From Owenia fusiformis (taxonomy: Eukaryota), in NCBI GenBank assembly GCA_903813345.2, contig CAIIXF020000001.1, positions 40,052,001 through 40,116,000 of the forward strand: a DNA stretch of 64,000 nt, read 5' to 3'. The position numbers and the translations under genes are program-made. The notes under the pieces were generated by a model. The model was not told where the DNA came from and ran no database searches. It saw nothing but the letters and a program-made list of their open reading frames with translations. How positions within the stretch are numbered: the stretch's first letter is position 1; each line of letters begins with the position of its first letter. Of the stretch, positions 35,501 to 50,023 are shown piece after piece.

Positions 35501-38500
35501 AAGCATATCTCTTTTAAGATACTGAAAGTGAATTGAATGTTTGTAGTGGTGAAAAATTTTGAAAATACCACAGTTCATGATCATGAAGCTATCTATACTC
35601 AATAGACAGTCTGAACTAATTCCTCTTGAGGTGGAATAATTAAATTGTTTACCGCTGCCGCCGACGTAACTCTCATAACCCCTTCTTCACTAGTCCTAAA
35701 AATCTTCAAAAAGTTATCTTTCTACTCCAAAGTCGAAGAAACTGACCGGCTGTTTGTGTTTCAATCATTCTTAGGCATCACCAAAAAAAAACTAAATGTG
35801 AAGATATTCCAGATTAGTTTGATCATAAATTCATGGAATGTTGCACCTTGACACATCCACCACAATCGTTTACCTTTTATTTGGAAATGAAGCTGAAAGA
35901 CGTGGCCGTTATCATATTCAATTACAGTAATTTAAAGGTGTTACAAGTAAATGTCTGATATAGACAAAATATTACAATGTTAGGTAACGCTAATCTGTGT
36001 ACACTGTAATACAATATGTTCCCCTTCATGAAAAACATTTTTTTACATTTATATTTCTCCCAGAGGGGGAATAACACCAGAGTCAAAGATGACATACGCG
36101 TATAATGTAAACCTGTATTGAGATGAGATACATCTCTGATTGGTCAAATGTCGACAAACAAATGATGAGGTTGAGCACGTCTAGTATTGACAGACATGAG
36201 TGTAAGATCAGGCCCAGCACGTAAGATGAGTAAGATGAGAGTAAGATGAGGATCAGCACGACTAAGCCTTGACAAAAACAAGTGTAAGATAGGGATAAAC
36301 ACGACTAAGCCTTGACAAACACTAGTGTAAGATGAGGATCAGCACGACTAAGCCTTGACAAAAACAAGTGTAAGATGAGGATAAACACGACTAAGCCTTG
36401 ACAAACACTAGTGTAAGATGAGGATAAACACGACTAAGCCTTGACAAACACTAGTGTAAGATGAGGATAAACACGTCTAAGCCTTGACAAACACTAGTGT
36501 AAGATGAGGATAAACACGACTAAGCCTTGACAAACACTAGTGTAAGGTGAGGATAAACACGACTAAGCCTTGACAAACACTAGTGTAAGATGAGGATAAA
36601 CACGACTAAGCCTTGACAAACACTAGTGTAAGATGAGGATAAACACGACTAAGCCTTGACAAACACTAGTGTAAGATGAGGATAAACACGACTAAGCCTT
36701 GACAAACACTAGTGTAAGATGAGGATAAACACGTCTAAGCCTTGACAAACACTAGTGTAAGATGAGGATAAACACGTCTAAGCCTTGACACACACTAGTG
36801 TAAGATGGGGATCAGCACGTCTAAGCCTTGACAAACACTAGTGTAAGATGAAGATCAGCACGACTAAGCGTTGAAAAACACTAGTGTAAGATGAGGATAA
36901 ACACGACTAAGCCTTGACAAACACTAGTGTAAGATGAGGATAAACACGACTAAGCCTTGTCAAAAATTAGTGTAAGATGAGGATCAGCACGCCTAAGCCT
37001 TGACAAACACTAGCGTAAGATGAGGATAAACACGACTAAGCCTTGACAAACACTAGTGTAAGATGAGGATAAACACGACTAAGCCTTGACAAACATTGGT
37101 GTAAGATGGGGATCAGCACGACTAAGCCTTGACAAACACTAGTGTAAGATGAGGATAAACACGACTAAGCCTTGACAAACACTAGTGTAAGATGAGGATC
37201 AGCCGATAAAGCCTTGACACACACTAGTGTAAGATGAGGATAAACACGACTAAGCCTTGACAAACACTAGTGTAAGATGAGGATAAACACGACTAAGCCT
37301 TGACAAACACTAGTGTAAGATGAGGATCAGCACGACTAAGCCTTGACAAACACTAGTGTAAGATGAGGATGAACACGACTAAGCCCTGACAAACACTAGT
37401 GTAAGATGAGGATAAACACGACTAAGCCTTGACAAACATTAGTGTAAGATGGGGATCAGCACGACTAAGCCTTGACAAACACTAGTGTAAGATGAGGATC
37501 AGCACGACTAAGCCTTGACAAACACTAGTGTAAGATGAGGATCAGCACGACTAAGCCTTGACAAACACTAGTGTAAGATGAGGATAAACACGATTAAGCC
37601 TTGACAAACACTAGTGTAAGATGAGGATAAACACGACTAAGCCTTGACAAACACTAGTGTAAGATGAGGATAAACACGTCTAAGCCTTGACAAACACTAG
37701 TGTAAGATGAGGATAAACACGTCTAAGCCTTGACACACACTAGTGTAAGATGGAGATCAGCACGTCTAAGCCTTGACAAACACTAGTGTAAGATGAAGAT
37801 CAGCACGACTAAGCCTTGAAAAACACTAGTGTAAGATGAGGATAAACACGACTAAGTCTTGACAAACACTAGTGTAAGATGAGGATAAACACGACTAAGC
37901 CTTGTCAAAAATTAGTGTAAGATGAGGATCAGCACGACTAAGCCTTGACAAACACTAGCGTAAGATGAGGATAAACACGACTAAGCCTTGACAAACACTA
38001 GTGTAAGATGAGGATAAACACGACTAAGCCTTGACAAACATTGGTGTAAGATGGGGATCAGCACGACTAAGCCTTGACAAACACTAGTGTAAGATGAGGA
38101 TAAACACGACTAAGCCTTGACAAACACTAGTGTAAGATGGGGATCAGCCGATAAAGCTTTGACAAACACTAGTGTAAGATGAGGATAAACACGACTAAGC
38201 CTTGACAAACACTAGTGTAAGATGAGGATAAACACGACTAAGCCTTGACAAACACTAGTGTAAGATGAGGATCAGCACGACTAAGCCTTGACAAAAACTA
38301 GTGTAAGATGAGGATGAACACGACTAAGCCCTGACAAACACTAGTGTAAGATGAGGATAAACACGACTAAGCCTTGACAAACATTAGTGTAAGATGGGGA
38401 TCAGCACGACTAAGCCTTGACAAACACTAGTGTAAGATGAGGATCAGTACGACTAAGCCTTGACAAACACTAGTGTAAGATGAGGATCAGCACGACTAAG

Positions 38501-41500
38501 CCTTGACAAACACTAGTGTAAGATGAGGATCAGCACGTCTAAGCATTGACAAACATTAGTGGAAAGTGAGGATCAGCACATCTAAGCCTTGACAAACACT
38601 AGTGTAAGATGAGGATCAGCACATCTAAGCCTTGACAAACACTAGTGTAAGATGAGGATCAGCACATCTAAGCCTTGACAAACATTAGTGTAAGATGAGG
38701 ATAAACACGACCAAGCCTTGACAAACACTAGTGTAAGATGGGGATCAGCACGACTAAGCCTTGACAAAGACTAGTGTAAGATGAGGATCAGCACGACTAA
38801 GCCTTGAAAAACACTAGTGTAAGATGAGGATAAACACGACTAAGCCTTGACAAACACTAGTGTAAGATGAGGATAAACACGACTAAGCCTTGTCAAAAAT
38901 TAGTCTAAGATGAGGATCAGCACGACTAAGCCTTGACAAACACAAGTGTAAGATGAGGATCAGCACGACTAAGCCTTGACAAACACTAGTGTAAGATGAG
39001 GATAAACACGACTACGCCTTGACAAACACTAGTGTAAGATGAGGATCAGCACATCTAAGCCTTGACACACACTAGTGTAAGATGAGGATAAACACGACTA
39101 CGCCTTGAAAAACACTAGTGTAAGATGAGGATCAGCACATCTAAGCCTTGACACACACTAGTGTAAGATGAGGATAAACACGACTACGCCTTGACAAACA
39201 CTAGTGTAAGATGAGGATCAGCACATCTAAGCCTTGACACACACTAGTGTAAGATGAGGATAAACACGACTAAGCCTTGACAAACACTAGTGTAAGATGA
39301 GGATCAGCACGACTAAGCCTTGACAAACACTAGTGTAAGATGAGGATCAGCACATCTAAGCCTTGACACACACTAGTGTAAGATGAGGATAAACACGACT
39401 AAGCCTTGACACACACTAGTGTAAGATGAGGATAAACACGACAAAGCCTTGTCAAACATTAGTGTAAGATGAGGATCAGCACGACTAAGCCTTGACAAAC
39501 ACTAGTGTAAGATGAGGATCAGCACGACTAAGCCTTGACAAACACTAGTGTAAGATTAGATGAGGATCAGCACATCTAAGCCTTGACACACACTAGTGTA
39601 AGATGAGGATAAACACGACTAAGCCTTGTCAAACATTAGTGTAAGATGAGGATCAGCACATCTAAGCCTTGACAAACACTAATGTAAGATGAGGATCAGC
39701 ACGACTAAGCCTTGACAAACACTAGTGTAAGATGAGGATCAGCACGACTATGCCTTGACAAACACTAGTGTAAGATGAGGATCAGCACATCTAAGCCTTG
39801 ACACACACTAGTATAAGATGAGGATCAGCACGATTAAGCCTTGACAAACACTAGTGTAAGATGAGGATCAGCACGACTAAGCCTTGACAAACACTAGTGT
39901 AAGATGAGGATCAGCACGACTAAGCCTTGACAAACACTAGTGTAAGATGAGGATCAGCACGTCTAAGCATTGACAAACATTAGTGGAAAGTGAGGATCAG
40001 CACATCTAAGCCTTGACAAACATTAGTGGAAGGTGAGGATCAGCACGTCTAAGCCTTGACAATCACTAGTGTAAGATGAGGTCCTGTTCGACTAAGCCTT
40101 GACAAACATTAGTGGAAGGTGAGGATCAGCACGTCTAAGCCTTGACAACCACTAGTGTAAGATGAGGTCCTGTTCGACTAAGCCTTGACAAACATTAGTG
40201 GAAGGTGAGGATCAGCACGTCTAAGACTTGACAAACACTAGTGTAATATGAGGATCAGCAGGTCTAAGACTTGACAAACACTAGTGTAAGATTAGGATCA
40301 ACACGTCTAAGACTTGAAAAACATTAGTGGAAGGTGAGGATCAGCACGTCTAAGCCTTGACAAACACTTACTGTAGGATAAGGTTCAGCACGTCTAAGCC
40401 TTGACAAACATTAGTGGAAGGTGAGGATCAGAACGTCTAAGCCTTGACAAACATTAGTGGAAGGTGAGGATCAGCACATCTAAGCCTTGACAATCACTAG
40501 TGTAAGATGAGGTCCTGTTCGACTAAGCCTTGACAAACATTAGTGGATGGTGAGGATCAGAACGTCTAAGCATTGACAAACATTAGTGGAAGGTGAGGAT
40601 CAGCACCTCTAAGTCTTGACAAACACTAGTGTAAGATGAGATCCTGCACGTCTAAGTCTTGACACACATTAGTGGAAGGTGAGGTTCAGCACGTCTAAGC
40701 CATGACAAACACTAGTGTAAGATGAAGCCAAGCACGTCTAAGCCTTGACCTTGTCTTGATAAACATAAGTGTAATATGAGGCCCAGCGCTTGTTAGTTAC
40801 TGAAATCCACTTCGAAACACTTGAATTTATAATGATTTCAGCATAATTATTTCATAATTTCAATTTTTAGTGAGGAAACATATTCACTAATTCATTATCT
40901 AAACGGTGTATTAAAATGGCTGACTGTGACGCTTACGATAATGGTAGGTGGACATGGATTAAGATTTGTTTAACAAAATACACAATTGTAGTTTGTGGTG
41001 GACATGATTAGGGTAATCCTTTTGATCTATATTGGGTGTAAATGTGGTGAGAAATTATGTTTTGAGGTTTTTATGTTCCGGAATATACATCACCATACAC
41101 AACATCGACATCATTAGAAGTAAAATTGAAAATGGATTACCCGTGTTAATGAGTTGTCATTGAGTACGTTTCGTTTATATGTCTTATTCCGAGTAAAGTA
41201 AACTGAAATATGTAAACTCATTTATCAAGTTAAAAGTTAACTATACCATGTCATTTATCAAGATACATCCTAATCTATAATGCTGAATTATTGTATCAGG
41301 AAGCGAGGTCAACCCACTAGATTCGTCTCATTCCGAAGATTCTTTGATGTTGATTTTGACAAATAATATCTTGATCAAAAATCTTTTAAATTTATTATTT
41401 TCGATAGGGGAATTCTAATACACTACCCAGATACCATAAAATGTTCTTTATTGCGCGTGAGGGATGTGAAGAAACGGTTATATAATTTCTCTCCCGAGTT

Positions 41501-44500
41501 TGCTAGTTCCCTTGAGTTCGATGGTTCCCCCTGAAGACGCAACTTCAAAGTTGTTTTTTAATAAATCCATAAATAACTTTACGCATATGGGATTGACTAA
41601 AGTAATGATTGTAATCAATGCTAATCCATACAAATAATCCAAAATGAGGATACAATAGAATAATAACTATCCTAAAACAATACGCGAAACTGGTGAAACC
41701 GCAAAAATCGTCTTAACCTATGTTATAGGCGATGGTGGTATTTTGAACATAATTTAATGATTGTTTCTCACAATTTCCAAACTGCCTGAAAATTAGCTTT
41801 ATAAGTCCATTCTATATTTACCTTTATCAATAGTTTCATTTGGAAAAATCAAAAATATAGCAAAAATGCCTATGCGCAATGTTAACAGAAAATATCGAAA
41901 ATAACCTTAAGCGATTTATCTCTTAATTGAACATACGACACGTGTCTAATTAGTGACGAGTCATCTCTTAACTTTCCGCCGCATCTAACTCTCCCGAGAG
42001 AAACAGGTGAAACAATGTTACTAGTTTGGCTATTAATTAACTCCCCGATATCAACCGCTCAACAAAGCTACTGTTCAGAGATGAACACAGCTCTTAATGA
42101 AATGCAAGATGAAAAGCTAAAGATGTAACGAAACCTAAGAAATCTGAGTACGCTTCAAGAAGGTTTTGTTTTAGCTTCAAGCCTTGTGGGTTCTGAACAG
42201 GTCCCACCTTCTCAATGTTTATTGCCGTTACAACCTGCTATGTTAAACACCCCGAGGACAGACAAGATCACTCCGTTTGACCCCAGAAAAATCTCAACAC
42301 ACAATAAAGATTAAATTTATTTTTATTGGCTAAAAATCTTGAAAAATGACCTGCCTAGAAAATCGTAATTTTGATCTGTGATCTGATTCATGATGTCAGA
42401 AAGAAAATGTTCCCTTTGAAGTTATATTTCGTAGATTATTCCACATTTGTTCGGGAATATCCAATTATATTCCGAGTTTCAACTTCATTACATTTCTATT
42501 TTGATCACTATTAAAATCAAATTTTCCAGTAGGATGAAACGTTCCCAGTATATTATTGTAATCTAAATGAAAATCACAATGTTGAGGAACGGCATTCACT
42601 GATATTAATTCCATATTCTATTGCTATTAAAATGGGTTGGAAATTATATGCCTGTCAAATTTGGAAAATGAACATAAATATTCCAAATTGGAAATCCACC
42701 AGAATAAACTTGACGCTTGCTGTATTTGGATAAATGAAAATTAATTAAAACAAGAATTATAAAATTAGAAAATTATATTTGAAATCGATTTCTTTAAATT
42801 GAAATTTAAAGTTATAATTAACCTCAAATCACACCAACTAATAAAATAGAACTAGAAAAATATGAAACCACTTTAAAAATGCAAAAAAACTAGAAGGCAT
42901 GTTACTCGTCATTGAACATATAACTGTTTCTTTTTTCCTTTAAAACCTTTAAAGTTAGCATTAATGATTTTATATTAAAGCTTTATTCATTTCTATCCGT
43001 AATTGCGATTATAAAAAGCTCAATTTTTTAATATAACTTATGTTTATTAGTGAGCTGAAATACCCCATACATATAGTAAGGGTGTATAAGGAATACACAT
43101 TACAAGTCCTATTGTCAAATATGATTGAAAGTGAAATTGAGAACTTGTCAAACACGACGAAGTTGAACTTTCGCCTACCAGTTTATGATAAGGAATGTTT
43201 TTGATAAGACAATTGGGGTCGAAAGATGTTCCCTACTTAAGATAAGAACATTCTGTATGATTTTTTTAAAATCTAAAACCATCAGTTTTTTCTTATTCAT
43301 ACGTCCGAGTTTCATATTTGTTTGATTCATCCTAGTAATTTTTCAAACCCATTACAACTATTACAATTCACAAATTATTCAAAACTTAAGTTTAGGTTTA
43401 TGCACAGGTGAATTACAAAACTAAATGCATAATACAAAATATAAACGATAAAATACCTTGCGATTCAATATGAAGTTTCAAACAATGTGAATCCTATCCA
43501 CAAATCTGTATATCAAAACATTGCAAGTATCAATTATAAATCTCGATACATCACAATGGGAGCATTTGAAACTTTATCCAAATCTATACCACCAATACAA
43601 TAAAAGTTTATTCTTCTGAGTAAGTCCTTAAGTCACGTAATCAAATTTGCTTCTTGGATTACGTAAATTCACATTCGAATACAGGCCCGTTTAATTAAAC
43701 TATAATAACAATGCTAAACTGTTCAAATATTCCAAGAATATGTGGGTAGCTCTGGTAGTGGCAGACGAGTAGAGCGAGTATATCCATAATATTCAATCTG
43801 GATTATTCATTTTGTATTTTATTTTTATTTTTAAGAATACAACACTTTAATTGATTTTTATTAACAAATAGATTTAAGTAAGTCGTAACAGAAATCAATC
43901 AATGAATTAAGCATTCAATCAACACAAATGAGTAATTGATGGTTAATAGTTCTAAAAGATCAGTGACATAATCGTTGTATCTGGAATTACACGAGAATGT
44001 TTCAGTTCTAATTGTGTGAAGGGATTACCCAAGTTGATTCAAGATCTCGTCAATACAGTCGTGCTATGTGGATCATTACCTGCATAACAAAATTCCTCCC
44101 CGTCTGATTTTGAGCAAAATTAGGTATTTACACTAAAATTTGTAGGTCAATAATTAATGGAACAAGAATAATTAAATGTTAATTGATTAAATAACCCAAA
44201 TGGAAGCTTATATAGATAAGAATGGGCAAGGTCGTAATATTGACGTTATTTTTTTTATAAAATGTGCAAATTCATTCACTTATAGTTATTGAAATAATTT
44301 CTAATATCGTAATTTGATGTAACCATATTTTGATATTTATCGCACAAAATGTATGTGTCACCATTTCATTGTATGTGTCACAATTCTATTGTATGGTCAC
44401 CATAATGACAAAAACTTAATCTGGTTGTGTCACAAAACAGAAATGAAGTATATACTCCTGAATTGGTCGGAGTGTTTGTCTACTTCCATCACTTACCTCG

Positions 44501-44638
44501 TTTCGTTCTATCTCCTTCAACAGCCACATCTCCTTCAGCATTCGCTCCTTGAGCATTCATCTGTTCACCCTCAGCATTCGTCTGCCACCCCATGTAAGCC
44601 AAAAACAATGGTACAGATAACCACTGCAACCAATTCAT
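29511..44638 (-). CDS. RSPO: R-spondin (signal peptide, FU1, FU2, TSP1, basic tail; ~329 aa)
   Basis: Exons 44638-44497 (MNWLQWLSVPLFLAYMGW...RTKR), 31532-31341 (CPRGCASCSAMNGCVTC...HRSGIRQTGICTHSCPAGYF), 31130-30981 (CRIENCDTCFSKSYCTRC), 30423-30238 (CAVGPWTDWGFC..CGYKYGTQTRAR), 29830-29511 (K/R-rich). All introns phase 1, GT-AG, one domain per exon as in vertebrate RSPO genes. Confidence 0.93.
36165..40790. repeat. 43-bp satellite/minisatellite (~107 units) in Rspo intron 1
   Basis: Consensus GATGAGGATAAACACGACTAAGCCTTGACAAACACTAGTGTAA; period confirmed (36601 to 36644); degenerate edges. Confidence 0.97.
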
Positions 44639-46281
44639 TATTTATAGACTAGCTCTATCGTTCACACCCGGGGTCTTCCATTGTTCTCCCTTATATTGTC
44701 AGACATTGTTTGTTAATCCACATTGATAAGTTTAATGTTGAAGTTTCCATTGTTAGTGTATTTTTTCCGAGATTCCTTTAATTTGATGTTTTATTGCGGG
44801 TCTCCTCTTACAGGCAAAACCAGGAGTCTTAGCTTTGCATTACAAGCTACGACACCAAAATGCTCTTGCGCTGTGTACATATGGGATTCTCAACGACTCA
44901 ACAATCAATTGATTCAATTATAAACTGTTAAATACATCCACTTGGTCAGACGTAAATGTTTAAAAAGCCTAGAGAAGTTTACTTCGAAACTTTGCTACTA
45001 GTTTTTACCTGCGCTACCATTGATCTTCAGAAACCTAAACCTCTAGAACTTATCAGTGAAATTTCGATTGCGAACATTTTTAGAAAAATCTTGATTGTTC
45101 TTGACCGAATAAAATCTCACTCTGTTTTACTTTAGTCATACCGCTGATTCGCATTTAGATCTTTGTTGAAGTTTCAATAAATGTTCTTCCATTTGATGGA
45201 GTTCGCACAATGAGAGTCAGGCAGCTTACTGATAGTACTCAACAAATACTCCGTTGATGCTAGGCCATGCGAATGATTGTAACCAAACCAGACGGACCAA
45301 CCAATGCTTAGGTAAAGCTGTTCTCTCGTCTATTCTCACTCCCTAATAACAAGAAGATGAGTTTAATCTTTAACGGATGAATTCAGATTAAACAGATGAT
45401 ATCATGAAATAAAATTATGATAAGTTATCACCCCATGTGTACATAAGCCCATGGGCGTTTATCTGAAATAACTTTAACGCGGTGTTACTGTAACCATTGA
45501 TGTGCAGCCAACTGGCCTCAAAGCGATCTTACACAATCAAATGGTTAATAAAAGGATAAATATAGTACCTTTATTCGTGTCTCTCGTGGCAAAAATTCCT
45601 TTGGCTGATGATGAATTTTCAAAATCAAGCATTTCATTTCATTTATCCTAAAAGCAGTCCGGAGTTAAGTTGCGTTGAATGTACATTTTTGCTCAAGAGA
45701 TAAGATCCAAGTGTGTGTTTTTAAGTCAGACAAAATAAGATTTACGGATCTTTGGACGGATTTTTTCTCGAATGTAGGCTAATAAATGTTTTTTAAAGAG
45801 TCTGATAGTGAAGAAAGCGTTTAGTTCTCTATTTGTTGTAACTGCCGTTTAATAGGGCACAATACTTGAAAGCCTTGTGATTGACAGACGGGAAATGATT
45901 TGAAAAGATACCATGTCGATTTTTTAATTTTGCATGTTCAATCAAATGCCAAAAACAACCAACCTTTGAGCAACACCCAATTAATTTATTTTATTGCAAC
46001 TTTCGCTGAATTAAAAAGTTGTTTGAAAACATTTGGAAACAATTTCAAGAGATTGAATCTATGGATACGGGTTGTTATCTTAGAATTTGATTTGAAAGCA
46101 ACTTCTCAGTTTACATATAATCAATTTAGCAAAGTTCAACAAAAGTAAAACGATCACTGAAAAGCACGCCTAATGTATCCCAAGTATTTGTGAATTGCAA
46201 ATATTTGTTAATTACCTTGATTCAAAACTTCTATTTTCTTTTTAATTTCTAACGATGACTGACGTGATTCGACTAAAGACC

Positions 46282-46360
46282 TACCCTTTGCATTAGTTTG
46301 ACTTCATTTCTTAAAAGAGAGCTTCGTCTTGTACTTTAACTAGACTCTGCACACAGGGTA
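46282..46360 (+). mobile_element. 79-bp TACCCT...AGGGTA mini-element
   Basis: Flanks CTAAAGACC / CTAAAGATC (8/9); near-identical to the 19595 copy. Confidence 0.85.
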
Positions 46361-49300
46361 CTAAAGATCAGACGCTGTTTCAAATTTAATTTTCGGGGGG
46401 AACGATGAAATGGGGTAAAAGCCAGAGTAGCATTTAAGTTCCCAACAAATTACCCCTCTGCTGGTTTCGAAACAGATATACTGATTTAAGAACAATTGCA
46501 AAGGACACTTAAAGTGGCCATCAGAAGCTCGCTTTAGATAAGTAACCATCTAGTGACACGAAAATTAGAAAGTGTTCCTACATTTGCGAATGACAACTGC
46601 ATAGGGTTTAAACGCCTGATCAACAGCATGATGTCACCTTGAAAAACGCAAACAGAATTATTATGGAATTTTTATTTTATCCGCCTTGGGTTACGAGGAA
46701 GGTGTAAATATAACTAGTTAGAAAAACATAGACACTGTTGGCGTGAATGAGGTACATTTGAGTTGATTCCGTTGCGACATTAAAATAAACATTCACACTT
46801 CGTCTCTATAACATAAATGCCCCAAAGATTTGCCCCGAGGCGAAATAGTCCATTTGGAGCGATTCAATTGTGCGTGAGATTTTTTGTCATAACTCTTTAT
46901 TCAAAGTGCTATTGACATCCATTAGAGGCCACTTAACGAAACAAAAGAAACTCCAAAAAGCAGAAAAATCTCAGAATTACAAACAATTCCGAAATTCAAA
47001 ATACCACACAGGGAAACCCCTAGCAGGTTTTACGAGCAAACGCTGCCGGCCGTTGATTGACTTCACATAGCGCAAGCTCAAAACTGTTTCACTCAAAGAA
47101 AAATGAACTTTCAATTAATGCAAATAAACAGTAAATTGAAAGACGAGCTTGTAAGTGAAGACAACTAGACGTGTAAGTAGTTGTAACGTTTCAACATATC
47201 ACACACAACTCCAGCAGGTCAAATTCCTTCAGATTTTTATGAAGATCAGATTGTGTATTGTTTTCCAGTTCTACTAACTCAACGAAAACCAGAAACCATA
47301 TCTTTGAAAATAATCTGATTAGAAATACGATGACGATTTCACTTATTATAACACATAAAATCAAAATGACAAATCAGAACAATTCATTATTATTATCATA
47401 ACAATAGTTTCACTTCAGGACAATCATTTACTGGATGAACACAATTTTTTATTGCCAGATTTTATCATTAATAACAAATTAATAATCAATTATGTTGTGT
47501 TATTTTGGAACAAGTGAAAAGTATGGTATAGAAAGTACAAATCCTTCATGAGGTCCCAGTTATAGCATTGTATGTTCCCAAATCATTGTGCTTCTCTGAA
47601 GAATTATTTTACTGGATAATAGAATGTACAAATATTTTACTTCATCAGCACAATCAATTGAATCAGCACAATCAGATGTGTAAACAGTGTCATTCTACAT
47701 CAACACAATAATTTGTCTGAGTCAGTACAATTAGTTAATAACTACTAATCAGTCCAATAATTTTACTGAACCCAAACCTACTGGATCTGCATGACTTAAT
47801 CAAGTTACACCCGGGAAGTTACATAACCTCTGAATTGAAAATCATTGTGTGGTCCATAAGCTAAAAGGTCCCTCATTCAATGTAGTCTAGCGAGATCAAA
47901 CACCCATAGTTCTCATCAAAGCCTATGTTCTTCAAGAGTGCTTGAAAAGACACAGGGAGTATCATGGTTTACAATCTTGTATGAAGCGTCTCTTTAGGCA
48001 AATCGCTGCTTGATAATCATTCACTTATGTTGTATCTTAACTGGACCATACATCAGAAATCTTTGCTCAGATATGAGGATTATCTCCCATTCCATATCAA
48101 AATGACCCAGCTAAATCAAACTAATCCACCTTTAAGATAATCTTCATGCATATGCTCAATCCACTCAATTGGACATCATGCTTGTATACAATGGAAAATC
48201 AAGGAGTGACCAGTGGAATGGCATTCAATCATTGAAAGAGCAAATAGGAGTTTCATACTGATATTTTGTGAAGTCTCCAAAAAAGAGCCATGAACATGCA
48301 ACTTTGGGCAGAGATTATAACGTGGAAGAATACGACTGAGGCATTTATAGGTTTAAGATAGGGGTACCATGTTTCATGCTTGACCTGCCTACCCAGCCCT
48401 CCGACTAATGCCAATGATTTTCAGTTTAGTGTTATACCAATCAGAAAACATCAAAGATTGGATCAAAAAAAGTCTGCATTATTTAAAATTGTAGCTATGC
48501 AACACTGGCTCTGGTTGGCTCTGAGTATCTACATGTTTACGAATAAAATGTGGGGATAAAATTGCTGTTCTCTTGCAAAGGGTCTCAGGAGTCTTCAAGC
48601 ATCTCACTTGAGGTTCCAGCAAAGACAGATGTATAGAGACATACACTATATGATATACACTATGCACTAGAGAGAGATGCTTCAACCAGAGCGTTTCACC
48701 CCATTTACTTTAATCTATCTATGGCCCCTTGAATCTGCGAATCTGATGATGTTACTTTCAATAAACCTAATAAGTCACACTATGATAGTATGTGAAATAC
48801 AAACTGGGAAACTGGTTTTCGTTTTATAGTGATATTCCCACAGACAGAATGTATTTGACAGGTCAAAATGGGCAAAAGGAAAACTAAACATCCGTAAATA
48901 GTTAGAAGAACAATAAACAATGGGTAATGGCAGAAAACAAGAGGCCAAAATTAAATGTTTGTAAAGACTTGCAAAAAGAATCATTTCATTTAAATTAATA
49001 AAATAAAAATTCCATCCTGTTTTATCGAAAATATCCCAATAAAACATGGAAATCTCGAAAACTTGAGCTTCATTTCCAATATGTGGTCAAAGATCAACCC
49101 AATGTAGCAAATGTAAATATTGAGGAAATGCTTAACTTTAGAAGATATGAAACAAATGAAGATAGTGATAGTGAAAATTGTGGTTTGAAGAAGAGTGCCT
49201 CATAGGATAGCATTGCAATAAACCATCCACTTAATCAAAACACTGTTTATGCTCTCGTTTGTGTCATAAACTTGTGAATCTGCCACTGAGGCAAGCTGTG

Positions 49301-50023
49301 TTCAACTATTCTACCCTGATTATCGCCCCTTTATCATTATGCCCCTATTACCTGTCATTGTGTTGACGAAATTTGCTATGAAATATTTGCCAGGTTAACT
49401 CTAGAGCTATTAATTGAAGAAATATGTGTTTCTCTGAACATGTTGATACTTCACAGATACTCTGGAAGGATGAATAAACTTACAAGCAATAGAAATATAA
49501 TTTTTCTTCCAAATTCTGCCTAATCAACATCAGACTTTAGGGTTAACACTTTAAAATATATTAATCTTAAGGCATAGAAGCTTATGGAGTACATAACATG
49601 AACAAATATGTCAGAAGATAAAATTCCAGTTTTATTTCTTGTGGTTTGAATAGGAAAATGGCATGATTGCATGACCATCTCAGTTATTTTAATTTGTTAC
49701 ATGTTATGTTCAAATGTTTAGATCTTACAATTATGTTTAATGGATATTCAAAGTTTAATGTTCATCATCATAATTTAGCACTTTTATAATAATTTATAAA
49801 TAAACTAAAATATTCATATATAATTTAATTATTTATAAACATGATAAACACCCATTCAAAGTTTGGTTTTCTACAAACCAATCTGAAATCTTTATCTTCT
49901 GTTTTTTGGCTTTTCGCAATGTTCTCATTTTCACTATATTTTCTTTCAGTGTAGTCTGTTTGAAGTCTTGAGTCACCAGAAGTGATGCAAATGGCGGATT
50001 TGCGTCGTTGGTTGTTGTTATGG

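Noticed and set aside
36165..40790. CRISPR-like array
   Set aside because: Units are contiguous with no unique spacers, there are no cas genes, and the context is a eukaryotic intron.
14574..44638. VIAAT-Rspo adjacency as conserved microsynteny
   Set aside because: Human SLC32A1 and RSPO4 share chromosome 20 but are far apart; too weak to claim without a comparative search.
49011..49205. Coding-looking stretch (SILFYRKYPNKTW...EDSDSENC) between Rspo and eIF3e
   Set aside because: Short, no recognisable domain or flanking exons; possibly a decayed TE fragment.
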